Shown here: positions 30,047-39,087 of the stretch, one piece after another
How positions within the stretch are numbered: position 1 is the first letter of the stretch
How the letters are laid out: each line of letters opens with the position of its first letter
Assembly (NCBI GenBank): GCA_963666835.2
Contig: CAXXGO010000001.1
Span: 352,001 to 416,000 of the forward strand
Direction of reading: 5' to 3'
Length of the DNA stretch: 64,000 nucleotides
DNA from: Phycisphaerae bacterium
GTDB taxonomy: Bacteria > Planctomycetota > Phycisphaerae > UBA1845
Notes under the pieces: generated by a model
Databases searched by the model: none
What the model saw: the letters and a program-made list of their open reading frames with translations, nothing else
What the model was told of the DNA's origin: nothing
Made by a program: the position numbers and the translations under genes

Positions 30047-30490
30047 ATGTCTCAGTGTAAGATACGAAGTTTTGTGGCCAAGACCGGCGAAGTGGATCAG
30101 AAGTGGTATCACCTTGACGCCACGGATCGAGTGCTAGGGCGCGTGGCCACGAAACTCGCCACGGTTCTGATGGGTAAGCATAAGGCGATTTACACGCCGC
30201 ATGTGGACACGGGTGATTACGTTGTGGTCACCAACGCCCACAAGATCCGCGTCAGCGGCAACAAAGCCAATACGATGATCTACCCGCGGTATTCGTACTA
30301 TCCCGGCGGATACAAGGAGGTCTCGTTCAGACAGGTGCTCGAACGGCATCCGGAGCGAATCCTGCGCGAGTCGGTCCGACGCATGCTCCCCAAGAACGCC
30401 TTGGGACGGCACATGCTGGATAAATTGAAGATTTACACCACTGACACCCATCCGCACGGCGCCCAGAATCCGGCACCGTGGGAGTTTTAA
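30047..30490 (+). CDS. rplM: 50S ribosomal protein L13
   Basis: W..LDA..VLGRVA, GKHKAIYTPHVDTGDYVVVTNA, RRMLPKNALGR. Confidence 0.98.
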   Translation: MSQCKIRSFVAKTGEVDQKWYHLDATDRVLGRVATKLATVLMGKHKAIYTPHVDTGDYVVVTNAHKIRVSGNKANTMIYPRYSYYPGGYKEVSFRQVLERHPERILRESVRRMLPKNALGRHMLDKLKIYTTDTHPHGAQNPAPWEF

Positions 30491-30520
30491 GAACAGACTT
30501 GCAGGCGGAGGCCTTAAGAC

Positions 30521-31021
30521 GTGACGGACGAGCCAACACCGATTCCCGAGAGTGAACCGCAGATTCCTGCTCCCGAGCCTCCGGCCGCGCCAGGGCCGGC
30601 CCCGGAGCCGGTCAAGACGCCGCCGATAGCCGGTAAGCAGTACATCTGGGGAACCGGGCGGCGCAAGACGGCCGTAGCTCGCGTGCGAGTGCGGCGGGGC
30701 GAGGGCAAGTTCATCGTCAACAACAAGGATGTGGATACCTTCTTCTGCATCGATCGGGACCGCGCCATGGTCCGCAAGCCGTTGGAGGTTACGGACACGG
30801 GCAAGATCTATGACGTGTTCGTTAACGTTAAAGGCGGCGGCATCACGGGTCAGACCGGTGCCGTTGTGTTGGGCCTGGCGAGGGCTTTGCGGAACGCCAG
30901 CGCGGACTACGAGCCGAAGCTGCGAGAGTACAACCTGCTTTCGCGTGACCCGCGTAAGGTCGAGCGGAAGAAGTATGGGCAGCGGGGTGCTCGTCGTCGG
31001 TTCCAGTTCTCGAAACGTTAG
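30521..31021 (+). CDS. rpsI: 30S ribosomal protein S9 with Pro-rich N-terminal extension
   Basis: GTGRRKTAVARV, GGGITGQ, RDPRKVERKKYGQRGARRRFQFSKR. Confidence 0.98.
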   Translation: MTDEPTPIPESEPQIPAPEPPAAPGPAPEPVKTPPIAGKQYIWGTGRRKTAVARVRVRRGEGKFIVNNKDVDTFFCIDRDRAMVRKPLEVTDTGKIYDVFVNVKGGGITGQTGAVVLGLARALRNASADYEPKLREYNLLSRDPRKVERKKYGQRGARRRFQFSKR

Positions 31022-31055
31022 AACGTCGATTTGCTGAGACCCACAGCGACTATTC

Positions 31056-31093
31056 AAGGGCTCCCCGGTCTGGTACCGAGGAGCCCTTTTTTT
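31056..31093 (+). terminator. Rho-independent terminator
   Basis: AAGGGCTCCCCGGT-CTGGT-ACCGAGGAGCCCTTTTTTT. Confidence 0.9.
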
Positions 31094-31142
31094 AGGCCAG
31101 GACTTCGCGGCGGCTTCGTCGTCCCGTCGTGATTGGCTTGGG

Positions 31143-31238
31143 AGGCCGTTGAAAAAGGGGACTGGCTACGAGCAGATTACAGCTTACGGTGCCAAGAGAC
31201 GCCATCGGCGAGGTGCCTGCACCATCTTTCACCGGCCT
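31143..31238. repeat. ~96-bp palindromic element (intergenic copy)
   Basis: AGGCCGTTGAAA...TTTCACCGGCCT ends; reverse complement aligns with 31974-32062. Confidence 0.8.
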
Positions 31239-31250
31239 GTTAGGGAGTCC

Positions 31251-32498
31251 ATGACTCGGACCCTTCAGAATGCACTGGCACCCTACGCGGTTCCTGCGGA
31301 TGCGGCCGCGGAGCGAGCTCATCAAGAGCCGGAGCTGGGCTCGGCGGAGCCGCGCGAGCCGTTTGAGCTGGACCGGCATCGGATCATCGGTAGCACCGCC
31401 TTCCGCAGGCTGGAGGGCAAGACCCAGGTCTTTGCCCCATCGCACCACGATCACTTCCGCACGCGGCTGACCCACACTTTGGAGGTCGCCCAGATTGCCC
31501 GGTGCCTCGCCCGGCGGCTTCGTGCGAATGAGTCGCTCGCCGAGGCGATTACGCTTGCTCACGATTTGGGGCATCCGCCGTTCGGACATGCGGGCGAGGC
31601 CGCTCTGGACGAGGCCATGGCAGGCAGCGGCGGCTTCAACCACAACGCGCACTCGCTACGGGTGGTGGAGTATCTGGAGCACCCGTTCCCGCCGTTTCGC
31701 GGGCTGAACCTGACGGCGGAGACGCGGCTCGGGCTCGCGGCGCACGAGACGCAGTACGATTGCCCGAGTTCCGCTGGGTCGATGTCGGATGATGGTGCCA
31801 CGGTTATGGCCTCCGGTCCGTCGGTCGAAGCGCAGATCGCCTCGATTGCCGACCGGATCGCGTATGACTGCCATGACCTCGAAGACGGAATCGGGGCCGG
31901 GTTGGTAACGCTGGACGAACTGGCCGGGATTGATCTGTGGGACATCTCCTTTAACGCGGCTACCGGAAGCAATCCGTTAAAACAGGGTACAGGAACCTCG
32001 CCAAGAGCATCTCTGGGTACCGTGAGCGGGAAACGGCTCGGAGCCGGTCCCGTGCTGCAACGTACGGGTAGAGGCGAATCCGAGAGCATCTTTGCCGTTC
32101 GGCGCCCGGTACTCGACGCGATCTTGAACGGGCTTCTGAATGATGTGATCGTGACTTCGGGGGCGCTGTTGGCGCCGATTCAATCACCGGATCAGGCCCG
32201 CTCGGCCGGTCATTCGCTCGTGACCCTGTCCGCCCAAAGCGATCGGCTATTGACCGAGCTGGAGCGATTCCTGGCCACGCGGCTCTACCGGTGCGAAGAG
32301 ATAGCCGCTGCCGACGATCGCGGCCGGCGCATGGTCACAGACGTTGTGGAGGCCTATCGCCGAACCCCCGCCAATCTCCCGCCGCGGTTCTACAGACGTC
32401 TGGATGAACAGGGCATCGACCGCGTGGTTTGCGATTATGTGGCCGGCATGACCGACCGCTTCTGCCGCACGGAGCATGAGCGGTTGATGTCGCCGTGA
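31251..32498 (+). CDS. dgt: dGTP triphosphohydrolase (HD domain) with a ~30-aa repeat-derived insertion
   Basis: FRRLEGKTQV, RTRLTHTLEV, HDLGHPPFGHAGE, ADRIAYDCHDLEDG, DYVAGMTD. Confidence 0.93.
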   Translation: MTRTLQNALAPYAVPADAAAERAHQEPELGSAEPREPFELDRHRIIGSTAFRRLEGKTQVFAPSHHDHFRTRLTHTLEVAQIARCLARRLRANESLAEAITLAHDLGHPPFGHAGEAALDEAMAGSGGFNHNAHSLRVVEYLEHPFPPFRGLNLTAETRLGLAAHETQYDCPSSAGSMSDDGATVMASGPSVEAQIASIADRIAYDCHDLEDGIGAGLVTLDELAGIDLWDISFNAATGSNPLKQGTGTSPRASLGTVSGKRLGAGPVLQRTGRGESESIFAVRRPVLDAILNGLLNDVIVTSGALLAPIQSPDQARSAGHSLVTLSAQSDRLLTELERFLATRLYRCEEIAAADDRGRRMVTDVVEAYRRTPANLPPRFYRRLDEQGIDRVVCDYVAGMTDRFCRTEHERLMSP

Positions 32499-33352
32499 TC
32501 CTCCGGACCGGGCAGCGGGTTTGTAGGGCAGGTCGAGGCCCGAGACCTGCCGCCGAGCTCGCGCGATGATCGCCATCTGGGCTTTGTTGCGCAACGCCTC
32601 GGCGTAGGTTCAAAAGGACGCACATCGCGCGAAGACCGCGGCAGTGTGTAGGGCACGGTCGAGGTACGAGACCTGCCGCCGAGCTCGCGCGATGTGCACC
32701 ATCGCGGCAGGTCTCGTACCTCGACCTGCCCTACGAGCTGAACCGGCTTCTGAACGACGCGATCGAGATTTCGGGGGCGCTGTTGGCGCCGATTCAATCA
32801 CCGGATCAGGCCCGCTCGGCCGGTCATTCGCTCGTGACCCTGTCCGCCCGAATCGATGGGCTCCTGGCCGAGCTGGAGCGGTTCCTGGCCACGCGGCTCT
32901 ACCGGTGCGAAGAGATAGCCGCCGCAGACGCACGCGGCCGGCGCATGGTCACAGACGTTGTGGAGGCCTATCGCCGAACCCCCGCCAATCTCCCGCCGCG
33001 GTTCTACAGACGTCTGGATGAACAGGGCATCGACCGCGTGGTTTGCGATTATGTGGCCGGCATGACCGACCGCTTCTGCCGCACGGAGCATGAGCGGTTG
33101 ATGTCGCCGTGATCCTCCGGACCGGGCAGCGGATTAGTAGGGCAGGTCGAGGCCCGAGACCTGCCGCCGAGCTCGCGCGATGATCGCCATCTGGGCTTTG
33201 TTGCGCAACGCCTCGGCGTAGGTTCAAAAGGACGCACATCGCGCGAAGACCGCGGCAGTGTGTAGGGCACGGTCGAGGTACGAGACCTGCCGCCGAGCTC
33301 GCGCGATGTGCACCATCGCGGCAGGTCTCGTACCTCGACCTGCCCTACGAGC
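32125..33352 (+). repeat. 614-bp tandem duplication (dgt 3' end plus REP triplet)
   Basis: 32125-32738 aligns with 32739-33352. Confidence 0.93.
32739..33112 (+). pseudogene. Duplicated C-terminal fragment of the dGTPase
   Basis: Encodes ..APIQSPDQARSAGH..DYVAGMTDRFCRTEHERLMSP without the HD domain. Confidence 0.88.
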
Positions 33353-33750
33353 GGGGGTGCCACACGGGTGTCATGGGTCGACCTGTTGACCCGTGGGGCA
33401 AATGCGGTCTGCCAAGCGGACTCTACCCGCCCTGCGGAGCGAACCCTACCGGCTCACGAATACGCGAAAGGCGTAGCGTCCTATAGCCCAGGGTGGCACG
33501 AACGCGGCTGCGCCGCTTCGTTTACCCTGGGCTCTGCTGTTCAACGCCTTCGGCGTATGTTGAGAAGAGGTACGCCGTTCCGTTAGCGCGTAGGGCATGG
33601 TCGAGGTACGAGACCTGCCGTTGGTCTTCGTGCGCCGCGACCCCCGCGGCTTACGTTGCGGGCTGGGCGGAGCTGTCGCCCTGACGGGTTGGTCCCGCGA
33701 GACACACGGGTGGCACATATTCGTGCGACTCGAACCATCGCGGCCCTAAT

Positions 33751-34012
33751 GGCAGGTCTCGTTCCTCGACCATGCCCCACAAGGTCTTCGCGCGACGCGC
33801 GCTGTTGTGGCAGGTCTCGTTCCTCGACCATGCCCTACAAGGTCTTCGCGCGACGCGCGCCGTTGTGGCAGGTCTCGTTCCTCGACCGTGCCCTACAAGG
33901 TCTTCGCGCGACGCGCGCTGTTGTGGCAGGTCTCGTTCCTCGACCGTGCCCTACAAGGTCTTCGCGCGACGCGCGCTGTTGTGGCAGGTCTCGTACCTCG
34001 ACGCTGCCCTAC
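33751..34012. repeat. 58-bp tandem repeat, ~4.5 copies, built on the GTAG-REP
   Basis: Unit GGCAGGTCTCGTTCCTCGACC(A/G)TGCCCTACAAGGTCTTCGCGCGACGCGCGCTGTTGT starting at 33751, 33809, 33867, 33925, 33983. Confidence 0.92.
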
Positions 34013-34192
34013 GACCGCTGCCACGTGGGTGGCATGGGTCAACTTGTTGACCCGTGGCTTTTAGCGCGGGCATCCACGGGCAAGCGGCAAGCGTCCATAC
34101 CTCCATTGCGTAATCTCTTGCCGTGCGGCGGAGTACTCTACGCGCGAGCTACGCTGGCCCATGCCACCCGACCGTAAACGGCTGGTTGCGTT

Positions 34193-35770
34193 CTATTCCA
34201 GCGGGCCGAGTTCGTTTTCTACGTCCTTGAGGACCTGTTGAGAGCGCAGCAGATCGAGGGACGCGTTGATGTCATTACCGAAGAGGCGATCTTCCTCCGC
34301 GTGGGGGATCTTGCGGCGGACCGCGGCTTGGGCGAGGCGTGGGCCGATACCGGCGCGGAGTGGGGCACGGTAGTCCATCGCCTGGGCGGCGCACATCTGT
34401 TCGATGGCCAGGACCGTTTCGGCGTTCTCCAGAACCTGCAGGCACTTGACGGCCGCCCGGGCGCCCATACTCACGTGGTCTTCCTGACCCAGCGAAGTGG
34501 GGATCGAATCGACCACGGCCGGGGTGCACAGTCCCTTGTTCTCGCTGACCAGCGCCGCGGCCGTGTATTGCGGAAGCATGAACCCGCTGTTGAGGCCGGT
34601 GTCCTTCATCAGCAGTTTCGGCAGGTCGTCCACCCCGCTGAGCAGCAGGTAGATCCGTCGTTCGCTGATCGACGCCAGTTCGGCGAGCGCCATGGCCAGG
34701 TAATCGAGGGTCAGCGCCAGGGGTTGTCCATGGAACAGCCCGCCGCTGATCACGTCTCCATCGTCGAAGATCAACGGGTTGTCGGTAACGGAGTTGACTT
34801 CGGTTTCGATTGTGCGGGCGACGTGGTCGATGGCGTCACGGGATGCGCCGTGGACCTGGGGTACGCAGCGCAGGGAATACGGATCCTGCACGCGCGGGCA
34901 TTCGATGTGGGATTCGAGAATTTCGCTGTCCGCCATCATTCGCAGGATGTTTCCGGCTACCCGGATGGCGCCGTGGTGCGGACGGAGCCGATGCAGCCGC
35001 GGATCACAGGGTTTGACACTGCCCCGCGCGGCTTCCAGCGACATGGCGGCGATGATGTCGGCGTGCTTCGCCAGGCGTAGTGCCCTTATTACGGCATTTG
35101 CCCCATAGGCTGCCATCAACTGCGTGCCGTTGATCAGAGCGAGACCTTCCTTCGGACCGAGCGTAGCCGGTTCGATGCCGTGCTCGGCCAGAGCTTCCGC
35201 GGCCGGTTGAGTTCGGCCGTTTCGGGAAACGGTCCCCCGCCCGATCATGGGCAAGACCATGTGAGCCAGAGGGGCCAGATCTCCGCTGGCTCCGAGTGAA
35301 CCCTGGGTCGGGATGGTGGGGAGCAAGTCGGCGGCCAGCATCCGTCGCAGGCAATCGACGGTCGGGCGTGACGCTCCGCTGACTCCGTGGGTCAGCGCAT
35401 GGATCTTGAAGAGCATGATCCAGCGGACGATCTGCGGCGGCACCGGAGTGCCCACGCCCACGGCGTGCGACATGATCAAGTTGGTTTGCAGGGCGCGGAC
35501 CTGGTCGGGCGGAATTCTCTTTTCGCACAGATGTCCGAAGCCGGTGTTGATCCCGTAGGCGGCCGCCCTTCCGTTAGCGATGCGGGCTACCGCCGCGCAG
35601 CAGGTCTCGATGCGCTGCCAGATCGGCTCGGCGATCTCGACGCGGATCGGACAACCCAGGGCGGTGTCCAGCCCTGCCAAGCTTAGCGGGCGACCGTCCA
35701 GGGTCAGGTGGGCGCATCCTGCGCCATCGATTCGCACCGGCACGGCGGTCGTTTCGTCTGAGTTGCTCAT
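34193..35770 (-). CDS. hutH: Histidine ammonia-lyase
   Basis: YGINTGFG, NLIMSHAVGVG (HAL-type SH), GSLGASGDLAPLAH (MIO), QDPYSLRCVPQVHGA, QEDHVSMG. Confidence 0.95.
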   Translation of the reverse strand: MSNSDETTAVPVRIDGAGCAHLTLDGRPLSLAGLDTALGCPIRVEIAEPIWQRIETCCAAVARIANGRAAAYGINTGFGHLCEKRIPPDQVRALQTNLIMSHAVGVGTPVPPQIVRWIMLFKIHALTHGVSGASRPTVDCLRRMLAADLLPTIPTQGSLGASGDLAPLAHMVLPMIGRGTVSRNGRTQPAAEALAEHGIEPATLGPKEGLALINGTQLMAAYGANAVIRALRLAKHADIIAAMSLEAARGSVKPCDPRLHRLRPHHGAIRVAGNILRMMADSEILESHIECPRVQDPYSLRCVPQVHGASRDAIDHVARTIETEVNSVTDNPLIFDDGDVISGGLFHGQPLALTLDYLAMALAELASISERRIYLLLSGVDDLPKLLMKDTGLNSGFMLPQYTAAALVSENKGLCTPAVVDSIPTSLGQEDHVSMGARAAVKCLQVLENAETVLAIEQMCAAQAMDYRAPLRAGIGPRLAQAAVRRKIPHAEEDRLFGNDINASLDLLRSQQVLKDVENELGPLE

Positions 35771-35902
35771 GAAGCGGATTATAGGCTTGCTTGCCGGAAA
35801 CGTAAGCGGGTCCGGCCCGGCGTTGCGACCTCTGCAGGTGCCGGCAGAGGCTGCGCCGCCGGACCGGACCCGTGTGTCCGATCCGATCGCTCCGGGCGGT
35901 GA

Positions 35903-36841
35903 TCAGTTGCGGGTGACCTTAACCGCCACGGCGATAGCTTCGCCGTCGGCCGTCGAAGCGGGGGCGGCGGCCAAGACGACATAACTACCGATCTTGGCCA
36001 CAAGGGTCGTATCGATTGCGAAGTTGGTTTCCCCGAGATGGTCCTCCTCCGTGCGGAACTCACCGGTTACCTCCGTCCTCAACTTCAGTTGAACGAGATC
36101 CTCGTCGGAATCGAGCCGAGCTGTGCCTGCGACCGAGATCTTCAGGCTGTCGCCGTATCCGACCGGGTCCCGGCTCGACAGGGCCGACTCTTGAGAGAAA
36201 CTCTGCCCTTCGTCGGCCGTTAACATGACGGGTGCCAGAAGGTCCAAGTCTCCGAAACCGTTTTCGGTAAGCGTGTGGGCTACGGATTTGAGTCCGGCGG
36301 GCAGCGAAGCCTCCTTCCCATTGTGGTTTCCGACCGAGGCGCGAATGACGAAGAGGTGGATATTGAAGGACTGAGACGGTCGGTCGACTTCCTTGAGAAG
36401 CTGCCGGACTGCCTCGGTCTCCGCTTCGCCGGCGCGGATCACCAGTAACCGGTTGGCGTCATCGATTGCGATGCGGGTTTTGGGTCCACTCACGGCCGCG
36501 CGGATGAGTTCCATCAACATGCGGGATGGTTGATGGGTCAACCGGATGATCGAGACGTCTTCCGAATCTTCGGCTACTTCGGCGACATCCCAGGCGGGGA
36601 TGAGCTGGTCGCAGATCAATTTCACCTGATCGCTTGGCCCCTGCACGATTATGCTCGACGGTCCCACGCAGGCGGTCATTACCGGATAGCCCAAGTTGTT
36701 CAACGAGGAGGCGAGCGTCTCGCATTCTACGTGAGCGAGCTTCGTGATAACGGTTTCCTGGGGCGGAGTCTGGGCTACGCAAAGCGGCACGCCCACGGTT
36801 ACGAACACGGCCAGAGCTATAGTACATTTCCATGCGTTCAT
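35903..36841 (-). CDS. Secreted protein with two secretin-N (NolW-like) domains and no obvious secretin barrel
   Basis: Signal peptide; IIRL..IAIDDANRLLVIRA..AVRQLLKEVDRP pattern; third gene of the ECF operon. Confidence 0.7.
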   Translation of the reverse strand: MNAWKCTIALAVFVTVGVPLCVAQTPPQETVITKLAHVECETLASSLNNLGYPVMTACVGPSSIIVQGPSDQVKLICDQLIPAWDVAEVAEDSEDVSIIRLTHQPSRMLMELIRAAVSGPKTRIAIDDANRLLVIRAGEAETEAVRQLLKEVDRPSQSFNIHLFVIRASVGNHNGKEASLPAGLKSVAHTLTENGFGDLDLLAPVMLTADEGQSFSQESALSSRDPVGYGDSLKISVAGTARLDSDEDLVQLKLRTEVTGEFRTEEDHLGETNFAIDTTLVAKIGSYVVLAAAPASTADGEAIAVAVKVTRN

Positions 36842-36924
36842 TGTGATCACTCCTTATTGAGATTGCTTGTTTCATTTCCTGTCAAGTGGGTGACGCTAAC
36901 GTCTCCCGGCTGTTTCCGTTTGGA

Positions 36925-37437
36925 TCACTCGTCCGCCGCCGCGGTCGGCGTCGAGTAGAGCCAATACAACTGAACGTCGGGCTCAGACGAATGGCGGGCG
37001 ACGGCCATGAACTTCTCGGCCGCCCCTCCACGAAGCGTGATCCCGACACGTGGGTTCGTTTGGGGCATTCCGATTACTGCGGAAGACCCCCCGTTGTTTT
37101 GTTGTGTATGGTTCGAACGCTGCACGTTCTGATAGAGGATTCCTCCTCCGATCAGCACGACGACGGCAGCGGCTACTCTTACCAGGCGATGGACCCGCCG
37201 AGGTGTGATTCTCAGCCACGACTGAGTCTGTTCTCGCAGAGCCGGCCCGGATGTTTGCGAGGTGATAGCCTCGGTCTCCAAGCGGAGTTTATCCAAACCG
37301 TCGGCGATCAGAGCCATCTGCGCGGCGTACTCTCGGCAGGAGACGCATCCGCGAAGGTGTTCCTCGAGTTCGGCATCGGGGCGTCCGGCGTCGAGTTGTT
37401 CGTGCCATCGGTTTTGGGCTTCTTCGCAGTTCATCAC
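36925..37437 (-). CDS. Zinc-finger (ZAS) transmembrane anti-sigma factor
   Basis: MNCEE..EEHLRGCVSC (HxxxCxxC); TM VAAAVVVLIGGGILY; overlaps the sigma gene stop. Confidence 0.88.
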   Translation of the reverse strand: MMNCEEAQNRWHEQLDAGRPDAELEEHLRGCVSCREYAAQMALIADGLDKLRLETEAITSQTSGPALREQTQSWLRITPRRVHRLVRVAAAVVVLIGGGILYQNVQRSNHTQQNNGGSSAVIGMPQTNPRVGITLRGGAAEKFMAVARHSSEPDVQLYWLYSTPTAAADE

Positions 37438-38048
37438 AGCTCTCCACCTGGTCTTCCGGTTCGGTCGAACCAGTCCGGGTCTCTTTTCAGGATCAAGCTT
37501 CGCAGGGTCTCCCGTCCGGCCCGAGCATGTACGCGGGCCGTGGCCGGGGCGATGTCGAGCACTCTGGCGATTTCCTCAAACGGCATACCTTGAAGATGCC
37601 TCAGGACCATCACCTCGTGTTGCCTTTGCGGTAGCTCCATCAGCAGGCTCCGTAAGGACTCGCCTCGGTCGGACGGTATCGCCGGAGGGTTCTCGGGTTC
37701 TCTACGCGACGATTCCATTGCGTAGGGTTCGATGTGGCGCCGGCCAAGTTGGGTCCGCCGCCCGAGCAGCCGACATCGTTGAACGACAATCCGGGAAACC
37801 CAGGACCACCACTTGTCGGCCTCTCGCAAACTGCCGGCTTTCTCGTGGGCTGCGACCAGAGCATCCTGAACCGCATCTTCTGCGTCCTCTTGGTTCCAAA
37901 CGAACCGGTAAGCGAGGCGAACCAGCCGATCTCGAACGGCTCCCATTCCTGCGGGAGGCGTCGAGGTGTCGGCTGCCGGTGCATTTCGGCGTGATTGGCG
38001 TTGTATGTCTGCAGTCTTGTCTGCCATGCCCGTCTTCGCCGGAAACAC
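37434..38048 (-). CDS. ECF RNA polymerase sigma factor
   Basis: DAEDAVQDAL; W..RIVV; LPQRQHEVMVLRHLQGMPFEEIARVL; start uncertain. Confidence 0.9.
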   Translation of the reverse strand: MFPAKTGMADKTADIQRQSRRNAPAADTSTPPAGMGAVRDRLVRLAYRFVWNQEDAEDAVQDALVAAHEKAGSLREADKWWSWVSRIVVQRCRLLGRRTQLGRRHIEPYAMESSRREPENPPAIPSDRGESLRSLLMELPQRQHEVMVLRHLQGMPFEEIARVLDIAPATARVHARAGRETLRSLILKRDPDWFDRTGRPGGEL

Positions 38049-38269
38049 CGTCTCGATTCCGTCATCCGCCCTTACAGATGCGCGGCGCGGTCGAGGCGTT
38101 TAGTGCCCCGGGTGGTCCCGTTCTCGCCGTGCGGTCGAGGGGATTATGGGGCTGCCCACCTCGTCCTCTTCGCCCTTGTACGGCCCGTTGGCGATTGAGA
38201 CGCAACGGTTGAAAGCTCTGGAATAATGCCATTCTCAGAGCTGGGCGAATAGCGCCCGAAGACGCGCGC

Positions 38270-38764
38270 TTACCCGGACAGACCGACCATGGTTGGGCTA
38301 AGATAGATGAGCAAGTGCAGCAGGCCGCAGGTGTACAGTCCGGCCGCGATGTCATCACCCACCACGCCCCACCCTCCGGGCCAGTGGTCTTCGATCTGCC
38401 GGGCGGGGGGGATCTTGGCGACGTCGATTGCCCGCTCAACGAAGAAGGCGACGGCGGTCAGTTGCCAGGTAAAGGGAACGAACGCGACCGCGAACATGAA
38501 CCCGACCAGTTCGTCCCAGACCAGGCGGCGGCTGTCCTTTTCGCCCAGGATGCGGTCTCCGGCCTGGTGTACGGCTACGGATGCGAGCGAGAACAGCACC
38601 GTTACCGTGACGTAAGTGATTGGCGACAAGTCATGCATCACCCAATACAGCGGGACGCCGATGACGGCTACGGTGACGGTTCCCGAGGCGGGAGCGTAGC
38701 CGAGCGGACCGATAGAGCCTGCCAACAGAATGGTCCACTCTCCGGGGGTGCGTTCAGTCGACAT
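38270..38764 (-). CDS. pgpA: Phosphatidylglycerophosphatase A
   Basis: GYAPASGT, D...LVWDELVG, ERAIDVAKIPP, GGWGVVGDDIAAG. Confidence 0.88.
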   Translation of the reverse strand: MSTERTPGEWTILLAGSIGPLGYAPASGTVTVAVIGVPLYWVMHDLSPITYVTVTVLFSLASVAVHQAGDRILGEKDSRRLVWDELVGFMFAVAFVPFTWQLTAVAFFVERAIDVAKIPPARQIEDHWPGGWGVVGDDIAAGLYTCGLLHLLIYLSPTMVGLSG

Positions 38765-39087
38765 GGTCTCAATTCTGGCAGAGTCGAGCCGTTGCTGCAA
38801 ACTCAGCGGTTCAAGAGTGGTCCGGGCTTGCCGGGTGGTGACGCTAATACTGTTAGCTGAGCCGGTTTGGAACGCGTAACGCTCCAGTAACATGGCGGTC
38901 AGCAAGTTGATGTCAGCCGACGATATGCAGTATAACCGTCGACCCAACTATAAGGGGGCCGGCTCGGATGATGTGGCCAAGATTGGCTGCTACGAGCCTT
39001 CCGACCCGGGTCCATAGTGGGCGAAGCCGGGTGATCCGTTGAGTGATTGCCGTAATCTGTGAATAAGAGGTAGAGGGAATCTGACTG

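Noticed and set aside
32125..33352. Diversity-generating retroelement template/variable repeat pair
   Set aside because: Mismatches are not adenine-specific and no reverse transcriptase is in the window
33751..34012. CRISPR-like array (30-bp repeat plus 28-bp spacer)
   Set aside because: Spacers are essentially identical, the repeat is a dispersed REP, and no cas genes are present
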